A stretch of 57,454 nt of DNA from Octopus bimaculoides (lineage: Eukaryota): positions 27,396,637 through 27,454,090 of the forward strand of contig NC_068993.1 in assembly GCF_001194135.2 (NCBI RefSeq), in the 5' to 3' direction. Of the stretch, positions 49,501 to 57,454 are shown piece after piece; within the stretch, counting starts at the first letter, position 1, and the number at the start of each line of letters is the position of its first letter. The notes beneath the pieces were generated by a model. It did no database searches and was not told the origin of the DNA. It was given only the letters and a program-made list of their open reading frames with translations. Both the position numbers and the translations under genes were made by a program.

Positions 49501-49674
49501 ATGGTTTCTCTCTTAGTGTCTTCTTACACTTCCTCCAGTGTGTTAAGAGCGGCTTAGCGCCACTCAGCATTACTTTCTGTCAACTCAACTTTTTCCATTT
49601 TCCGACAAACTTGTGCGTGACCATTCCCATTTTAGTTTGAAAAAAGAACGGTCTCTGTTGCCGTTTTATTGTTT

Positions 49675-49850
49675 CTGTTGGTGGTGGTAGCGGTGGTAGT
49701 GGTAGTGGTGGTGGTATTGCGCCATTTTTAAATATATCTTGGTCGTCGCTGCTGCTGCTGTTGCTTCTATTGCTATTGCTGTTGTTGTTATTGTTGTTGT
49801 TGTTGCTGCTGCTGCTGCTATTGCTGCTGCTGCTACGGCTGCTGCTGCGG
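49675..49850. repeat. Mosaic trinucleotide tract (GGT/GCT/GTT)
   Basis: Direct reading. Confidence 0.9.
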
Positions 49851-50099
49851 TCTGTGCTTCGTTTCTCGACCACATCAGCTAGTGGTTGAAAACAATGTCA
49901 TAGCGAATGTTCCAACAGTCTTCGCTTCCCTCGATTTGGGAAGCCATATTGCTATTTTTGTTTCGAAATATTAAATTTGCAATTTTAAATCTCCGTTGTC
50001 AATTAAATAAAATTTGGAATACCAACTAAGAAAACAACAAATTTTAAAGAAAACTTACGAGCCGTGAACAAGCGTCCTCTTGCTCCAGACACAAATAAT

Positions 50100-50135
<36 letters not shown>

Positions 50136-50399
50136 TTTGGTTTGAAGGCACGTAAATAAAACTGTTCTTACCTCGACTTGCAATCAGGTATCACTGGCAG
50201 ATTGATCAATTCTTCACTCGTGTTGTCACAACCCCTCTATCTCTACGACTGGCGTCCGTCGCTGTTCGCATCCCCATGAAAAACCAAACGCAGGGAAAAA
50301 CTTTTCTTCTCAATCAATGATGTGCTGTCATCTCTCGTCGCTTCCAGTCTTCTTTCCACCATACAGCCCACTGATCCAAAGATCACTGCTCCTCTGTTC

Positions 50400-53300
50400 T
50401 GTCTCGTAATCATCCATCCACCTGGGGAGACGGCGTTCCCTTAGAGATCTCCGTAGAGTCTCGAGCCTCCCCCCTTCCCTTCGTTATCGGAGGAGCTAAT
50501 CACCCTTTGAATATCTAAGACGTGACGCGGCATTCCATCCAGTGTTCGGGGGCTTCACCCACACTTCTTCTCCAACCTTCACAGATGTAATCCCTTCCAC
50601 TTCTCGTTGCTGCAGCACCATGCTCGGATGTCTCCATTTGTATCGGAATATAGCCCTGTGCGGGACCGACTCTTCGGCTTGCCTTACCAGGGGCGACATG
50701 TTATATCAGAAGACTGCCTCCATAGGGGAGATTCGAACCCTCTCAACCATGGCTTTAATCGTACGGTGGTGCCATTCCACAATCCCATTTCCACTTGACC
50801 TGTATGCAACTCTGAAGAAGCGTTTTGTGCTCCATTTTTCAAGCATCTCTCTCAGCTGCACTGAGCGAAAAACTGCGCTGTTATCCATCAATAGCTCGTC
50901 TACTGGCTCCCTTTCCAAAAACAACGCATTCAGCACCTCTGTGACCTCGGTAGAAGTCTCCTGATTTCTCTCCATATAGCCATTCATATCAGTCAACAGT
51001 CAATAGCGTGTCACATCAATGGCCAGCCTCTTCCATTCTTCTTCTGCCTGAATCTTTCCTGGTTCATGTGTTCGGGGCAGGATCAATCGATTAGCAACAG
51101 TTACAATTCCCCACTGTCCTCCGAACACTCTCCTTGGTAACATCGGGGTCGTTCATCCCAGCCAAAAGCATCGTCCTGTCCACTCCCATATGATGCATAT
51201 TGTGAAGCCTCCTTACTTCTGTGCCCTCCAACCGACAAACCGCCACCACTCCACCCGGAACATCTACTGTTTCCAACCAATTCTTTCTCACTCTGGTTAG
51301 AACGCCCGCCTTATTCTTTTCCTAGGACACGAACACCACATCCAGTTCCAGGGCGAACTCGGCAGCTAGCTCCCTCAGGATTCCCAGACGACGCTTGATC
51401 ACCATTTCTGCGGCCCCTTTCGTGTGAATCCTCTTCTGGATGGTGATCGCACTGTGGCAGAATTAGTCCGGATCTCAACGGTTCGCAGTCCTCATCTCAA
51501 TGCTAGGTTGACGCCCTTCAACACAGCATCTAGTTTGGCTACATTGATGTGGTTGTAATCGTCCTTCTTTCTAAGCCATGCTGCGTCTTCCACCTTGAAA
51601 CCTCCTATTTCCAGCATGACTCCAATACTCCAATACTATGCTGCTTGCGTTACACCACACGATCCCTTTCTTTGTATCAGACACGTACCAAACGTCCATC
51701 ACTAGATCCTCCGCTCGCACTCTCTCCAAGATCTCTTGCATTATCACCATCGTCTTCTCTCTCACTTTATCACCCCAGTTCTCTCCTTCTGCTCTCCTTT
51801 TGAGATAGCTACATGATGTTCGGAGCCATCCTGCGACAGAGTAGTGACTCACCAACTTCCCACACATTGAGAACAGCTATCGCCTATTCATATTTAGTTT
51901 CAAGTCTGGGATCTCGTTTCCTCTGCAAAACAAGCCTACCCACTTTGTCTCTTTTGAGCCTAAGTACCTTCTTTTATACTCTCTGGCGATTTTGCTGTCA
52001 GCCCGAACCTCCTCAGATGGTCCACGATTTCCTCTGCTGATACCACATTTTCATCTGCTAAGATATCAACAATATATGAGCTGGTAGCCTTCTCCACTTT
52101 TGCCTCTTTGCCCAAAACCGACTTGAGGACCTTCGCCATGATCTTTGGCGCTGAACTCAACCGGAAACCCAATCGAATCAGGCAGTATGTTCTGCCCCTG
52201 TACTCACCAGTTGATACTTCCACAACTTCTCTGATACATGAAGCTGCAGATAGGCCGACTTGAGGTTGACGATCGTAGTTACTCCCCTCATTCACCTCCA
52301 CTCACGAGGAGTATATCCACACACGTCCGCCGCCTCGCCACCCATATGATAGGACACATTTTCGTTCAGTTTCCTGAAGTCTAACACCGGTCGAACCTTA
52401 TTTTTTGTCGGCTGAACCACAGCCATCAACAGCAGCACGCCGCCCGACATTTCTTCATTTTACGGCATCAGATTGCCCTCCTCTATCCATCTGTTCACCT
52501 TTGTCTCGAACTCAAACTTGGCTTCTCCTTTCAGGGTATGCTCGTAGCAGCTCACCCTGTTTCTCAGTACGGGAGGTTCTCCTTTCAAGAAATACTCCAC
52601 CGCCCATCTTTTGCCGTCGAACTCAGCAAAAAAGTCCTCATCCTCAACGGAAAACCCTCTCTGGGCCAGTAATTTATCACTTTTACAGTCTTCTTCAACC
52701 GCTTTACACTCACGACACGCAGCACACCGGTCACCAAACTCCACTCCTTCCCTGCCAGCTGTCATACCTCCCAATAGTGTAATCACGTCCATTCCGACCA
52801 CTACGTCGACGCTGTCCACTATCTCATCAACTACCATAACCTTCAACCTCTACATGGACCCCTGTATCTCCATTTCCGCGTCGCTGATGCCCTTACATTT
52901 GACCTCCCTACCATCTACCGCTCTGAGCCTGGTGTTTCCTCTCCAGTTCTCGACCATTCCTACTGCCACCAAGGTTGTTGTGCAACCCGGATCGACGAGG
53001 GCTCGTGCTTCTCTCGCCCCAACCTTAAGAGTTATTACAGGCAACGTTCGGTTGTGCGCCTTCAATTGGTGGTGGAGGCACAGTAGTCCTCTTCGTTCGT
53101 TTTCCTACTTGAAGTTTTCTCATGTGCCCAGGGTGGTCGCATCGGAAACACACCACTGTTGGCTTCGGTTCCGTGCACTCCCTGACCATGTGCGGATCTG
53201 AACTTCTGAAAAATGGCCCCTGGTCATTCGCCTCGCCAGACTCTTGCTGTTGTTGTTTGCTACCTGCCACTTCGTCCCGCTCGTAACCGTCGTCACCGTT

Positions 53301-53760
53301 TCCGCTACGTCTCGAGTGTCACCTTGCGTCAACACACGCGATTTATCAATCATATCTCCTACCGACATCGTTTCGATGTCCCGCATCTGCTGCAGACGTA
53401 TAGAGATATGGTCAGGCAAGCCGGTCACAAAAGCCAGCTTCACCATCCGCTCCATCGCCGCTCCAGTAAACCATGCTAGGCCCACCAATCTCCTAATCTC
53501 GCTCACGTAATTATCTATCTACTCACCGGTCTATCTAGCCTTACCGAGCTTTCTGTAGGCTTTAAAAGTCCCCTCCATGTACGCGTCCTTCAGCCGCTCT
53601 TCAATTTTTTCCGCTTTCTCTTGGTCCGCCTCATTCATCCCCAGGTAAAAATGCAATGTATTGCCTTCAAAATACAACGGCATAAGGCTTGCCACATCTG
53701 TTATTACCTGCAACTTCGCCACCAACCTCACCTTCTTCATCCAGGTCTCAATACATCATT
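50400..53760 (-). pseudogene. Gypsy gag-pol pseudogene
   Basis: Gag WMKKVRLVAKLQ..CFRCDHPGH; protease ARALVDPGC; RT KVRPVLDFRKLN, YCLIRLGFRLSSAP, SYIVDI; RNase H VWCNAS; integrase HNMHHMGV..CNC, LAIDVT, LLMDNS, SGNGIVEWHHRTIK. Many frameshifts and stops. Confidence 0.9.
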
Positions 53761-54048
53761 TCCGATTCTGACTTTTGTGGCCATTACAAACGAAAAAGAA
53801 GAACAACAAAATTTATAAGAGATCTTGCTTCTTGGAAGTATCCTCACAACTGGTAACAACGTGCCGAAATAGCTTGTGGCTTGAAGGCACATAAATAAAA
53901 TTGTTCTTACCTCCACTTGCAATCAGGTACCGCCGGCAGATTTATCAATTCTTCACCCGTGTTGTCACAACCTCTCTATCTCCACGACTGGCTTCCGTCG
54001 CTGCTCGCATCCCCAGGAAAAACCAAACGCAAGGAAATACTTTTCTTC

Positions 54049-56831
54049 CAGGGTTGCCAATTTAGCACATTTTATGCTAGATCTAGCATTTTTTTTTCAG
54101 CATTTAGCAGAAAATTTTTGAATCTAGCATTTAGCAGGGAAAATAGCACGTTTAAAATTTTATTTAGCAGTTTTTTAGCATTTTTCTCTGATCATGACTT
54201 TTCCACAATGGCTACCCTTTTTTCTTCTTTTTCCTCCTTTTCTACTTTTGTTAATGTATCTTATAGCCAAATTTTAGTACTATCGGCTATTGTTGAATTT
54301 TTCTTTCACTTCCTTGAAACTTCAAATGAAAGTTTATGAAAAGGAAGTTTATCAAGTTATGAACTTTTCCACACACCCCCACCCCGGCTTGGATACAGAG
54401 TGGTGCTGGTGGGGGGATGGGGAGAAGAGATAACTCATGTCAGCGCCTGAACTCACTACACAATTATGTAAATATGTTGCAAAGAATGTAAGCATGGAAA
54501 TTCGTCCTAACAATGCTTTATTCCGTAGTGATAATGGCCGAAAACCAATCTAAGTTATATCAGAACACAATTTTAAGATTTCTTTTCCATTTATAAGTTG
54601 GCCACCCTGCATCCTGATTCAGTATTCTTCACCTCAAGAATTTGTAAGCAGCAAACATAAGAATTGTTAATGACGAATGAAAGAATTGTTAGGGGCAAAC
54701 TGATAAGTTGTGTTTTCAATTTTATATTTTTAGTAATCATTCAATTTATTTTCTTGCTTCCCACTACATTAAAATGAGCAAAGAAAAAACAAAGTTGTAC
54801 TAGCAAAAATTCCGAAAGGAATGGCTTAAGATGCCAGCATTTACTAAGTGGTTGTGTGAAGTACCTAGTGACCAATCTAAAGTACATTGCAGATATTGTA
54901 GATGTAATATGTTGGCAAAATATTCCCTTTTAGTAAGCCACTGTAAAGCAAAACAAAAACAAAAACAAACAAAAAAAAACATAAGGCATCAACTCCACAG
55001 CATCTGATTCCTCTTACCAATTTTATTAAGACTAAAAATGATAAGACATCTATGCTTGAAGTAAATTTAGTAATGTTTATTTGTTGCCACTCATCATTTA
55101 ATAGCTGTGATCACTTAATAGAATTATGTAAGAATTATATGTCTCATAGTGATATTATATCCAAAGTGAAGTTGCACAAAATGTGCAAATATTGTGAGAA
55201 ATGTTCTAGCTCCATATTTTGATGGAGGTTTGATTTCTGATATTGGAGATAGAAAATTTAGCCTGTTATTAAATGAATCCAATGATATATCGATAAACAT
55301 GTTGTTAGGAAACATGTTGTTATATATTATAGTGACACTCACAAAAAAGTGGTACATACATGTCTCAGTATGGTATACTTAGAAACATGTGATGCAGATG
55401 GCATTGTAGATGTCTTAAAAATTGAATTAGTGAAAAAGAAATTAGATATAAAACATTTACTGGCTATAGGAACCAACAATGCTAGAGTAATGATAGGCGT
55501 CAACAATGGTGTTTTCTAGAAATTTAAAGAATGCATGCCCATAAATTTAGAATTTTTAGTATCCGAAACCTATAAATGGTTCTCTCATTCTTCAACAAGA
55601 CAAAGTGCCTTGCTATCAATGATAAAGAGCCTTTGAAGATCATGAATTCTTGTACAACTAGGTGGCTGTCAATAGAACCAGCGGTAAATAGAATTTTAAG
55701 CCAATGGTTTGAATTGAAAACTCGCTTCCAAACTACAACTACAAAAGAAAAATGCTTTACAGCACAAACGTTACATGAAATGTTTTGTGATTCTAGGAAT
55801 GAATTTTACATTTTATTTTTGCATCCAATTTCAAAATATGTTCAGGAAGTGAATAAACTGTTTGAATCCAACACTGTCGACAAAACAAAATTACTTGAAG
55901 ATCTTTCAAATTTGATCAAATCTGTTGCTAACATGTAGAATTGATCCTCTTGATACGGATGCTTCTATTGAGAAATTTCTGGATCCTAAAGCAAATTTAG
56001 GCTACAGGTTCGAGAGAAAGATAGCAGAAATGATTATCAAGAAGACTGTAACAGCCATCGAAGAAAATGATATTCGCAAAAGAGCACAACAATTTTTACT
56101 CTGCTTTTATAAAGAGCTCAAGCACCGTTTGCCAGGAGAAATTAATATACTGAGGAATATCAAATGTTTTTCAGTAGAGAATATTTTGCAGCATTTCAAA
56201 GAGCCAATTTTACCTGTCTTAGAAGCAATGCATTTAAATGAAGAAAAAAATGCTTCAATTGAAATTCAGTTTAATAGCATTCATTTAGTTAAATGGACAA
56301 ATACGTCTATTACTGAGGCATTCTGGCTGGAAGTCTTGGAATATAAAGATACTACTGGAGGAAATCCTTTTAGAGATGTTGCAAATTTTGCCATTAATCT
56401 ATTGACATTGGCAAATTCAAATGCAGAAGTTGAATGGTTGTTCAGTAGTATGGGTGTAATTTAATCAAAATTGGAAAGCAAAATGCATCTTCCTATGCTC
56501 AGACCAATATTATCTATAAAATATGGCCTGAAAAGATGTGGCAAATATTGCAAAAACTTCGATATTCCAAAACACATAATTAACAAGATTGGGACCTTGA
56601 ATGTATACAGAAGTCAAGACCTAGGCACTGCAGCTGAAAGTGATCAAATCAGTGAAATTCAAGAAATTATTTCTCAATGCTGAATATAATTAAAGAAAGT
56701 AAATAAAAATTAAGCTTTTGATATAATTAGTCTTTAGCATTTTTTTGTCATATTTAGCATTTTTTAGCATTTATTTGGTATTCTTTCTACTGAAATTAGC
56801 ATAAAATTCTGATTTTAAGTTGGCAACACTG
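54049..56831 (+). mobile_element. hAT DNA transposon (BED-finger, ZNF862-like transposase relic) inserted in the Gypsy LTR
   Basis: TIRs CAGGGTTGCCAA (54049-54060) / TTGGCAACACTG (56820-56831), 11 of 12 identical. Perfect 8-bp TSD TTTTCTTC (54041-54048, 56832-56839). Clustered TTAGCA subterminal motifs at both ends. Confidence 0.92.
54775..56683 (+). pseudogene. hAT transposase pseudogene
   Basis: QKFRKEWL..KWLCEVPSDQSKVHCRYCRC..H..KH; FSLLLNESNDIS; AIGTNNARVMIG; CTTRWLS; FWLEVLEYKD..GNPF..NSNAEVEWLFS. The CxxH region appears deleted. Confidence 0.85.
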
Positions 56832-56890
56832 TTTTCTTCTAAATCGATGATGTGACGTCATCTCTCGTCGCTTCCAGTCTTCTTTCCACC

Positions 56891-56891
<1 letters not shown>

Positions 56892-56942
<51 letters not shown>

Positions 56943-56954
56943 TGATGATGGTGG

Positions 56955-57036
<82 letters not shown>
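56892..57036. repeat. Compound (TAA)n-(TGA)n-(TAA)n microsatellite
   Basis: Direct reading. Confidence 0.95.
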
Positions 57037-57037
<1 letters not shown>

Positions 57038-57454
57038 CCCGAATGCAGTACCTTATGCCCGGATACAGTAACAGGCAGTGGTTCTCATGGCTTCTGATCT
57101 TAATTGATAGGGAGCGTTATTATGTACATTGTTTTGTCTTGGTATAAAAGGTGGGCTGCAGCAAATATTCTGCCCAATACCACAAATTTGCTTGTCAGTT
57201 GTTTGACCTTAACCAGTTGAGCATGTCCTTAGGTGGCTGACGATATGTGTATTTCTGATCATGAGCAGAAGTAGTGGGGGAACATCATAGCCATGTGTTG
57301 AGAGGAATTCTTTGGGGTTTGAATAATTCACCTTTGGAAACATGGGTGTTTTGCTCAATATCCTTAAACAAACCTTATTCAGGGACCTTTTGAGCGGGAT
57401 GGGCTACTCGACCTAATTCTAACTGGGCCCCACCTGTGCTGTATATCTTGGTAT
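57037..57454 (-). repeat. Interspersed repeat 3' portion ending in the (ATT)n tract, family unassigned
   Basis: The minus strand ends ...GTACTGCATTCGGGC followed by (ATT)n. I recall it as a common octopus repeat but see no coding motif. Confidence 0.35.

Larger units (their letters stand above)
50136..56893 (-). mobile_element. Gypsy/Ty3 LTR retrotransposon, decayed, 5' LTR split by a hAT insertion
   Basis: LTRs of about 230 bp: 50136-50365 and 53875-54048 plus 56840-56893 (16 mismatches in 169 aligned nt by manual count). Domain order gag-PR-RT-RH-IN on minus. Confidence 0.92.

Noticed and set aside
49880-50095. GC-richer segment with a GTAAGT donor and a short ORF as a first exon
   Set aside because: No convincing acceptor or start context, the ORF stops after 22 codons, and no homology is recognised.
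53835-53874. TGTGAGGAT as a primer-binding site for tRNA-Met
   Set aside because: Lacks the TGG start and full complementarity next to the LTR; the match is only 9 nt.

Overview
This is eukaryotic, AT-rich, gapped scaffold DNA made almost entirely of decayed mobile elements and microsatellites. The tRNA-derived SINEs match the very abundant octopus SINE families as I remember them, so the source is probably Octopus sp. (inference). I found no intact protein-coding gene, rRNA, true tRNA or CRISPR array. Main contents: (i) a four-level nest at 2.3-9.8 kb (pogo > Buster-type hAT > Tip100/ZMYM1-type hAT > Penelope-like element), with the two 8-bp hAT target-site duplications and a probable 6-bp one for the PLE still readable. 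(ii) At least five families of Penelope-like retroelements (PLEs) with inverted pseudo-LTRs and minimal type I hammerhead ribozyme motifs. One family has a non-canonical A3-U8 core pair in both pLTR copies, and another has a tRNA-like Pol III head just upstream of the ribozyme. (iii) Fragments of RLE-type LINEs (R4/Dong-like, CRE-like) and of RTE, CR1-like and Tx1/L1-like LINEs. (iv) A decayed Gypsy LTR element whose 5' LTR is split by a hAT transposon. (v) An unclassified AT-rich duplicated and inverted unit at 37-39.4 kb. (vi) A few candidate exons of an unidentified minus-strand host gene (low confidence). All family calls come from manual motif recognition, not database searches, and most element boundaries are approximate except where TIR/TSD coordinates are given.
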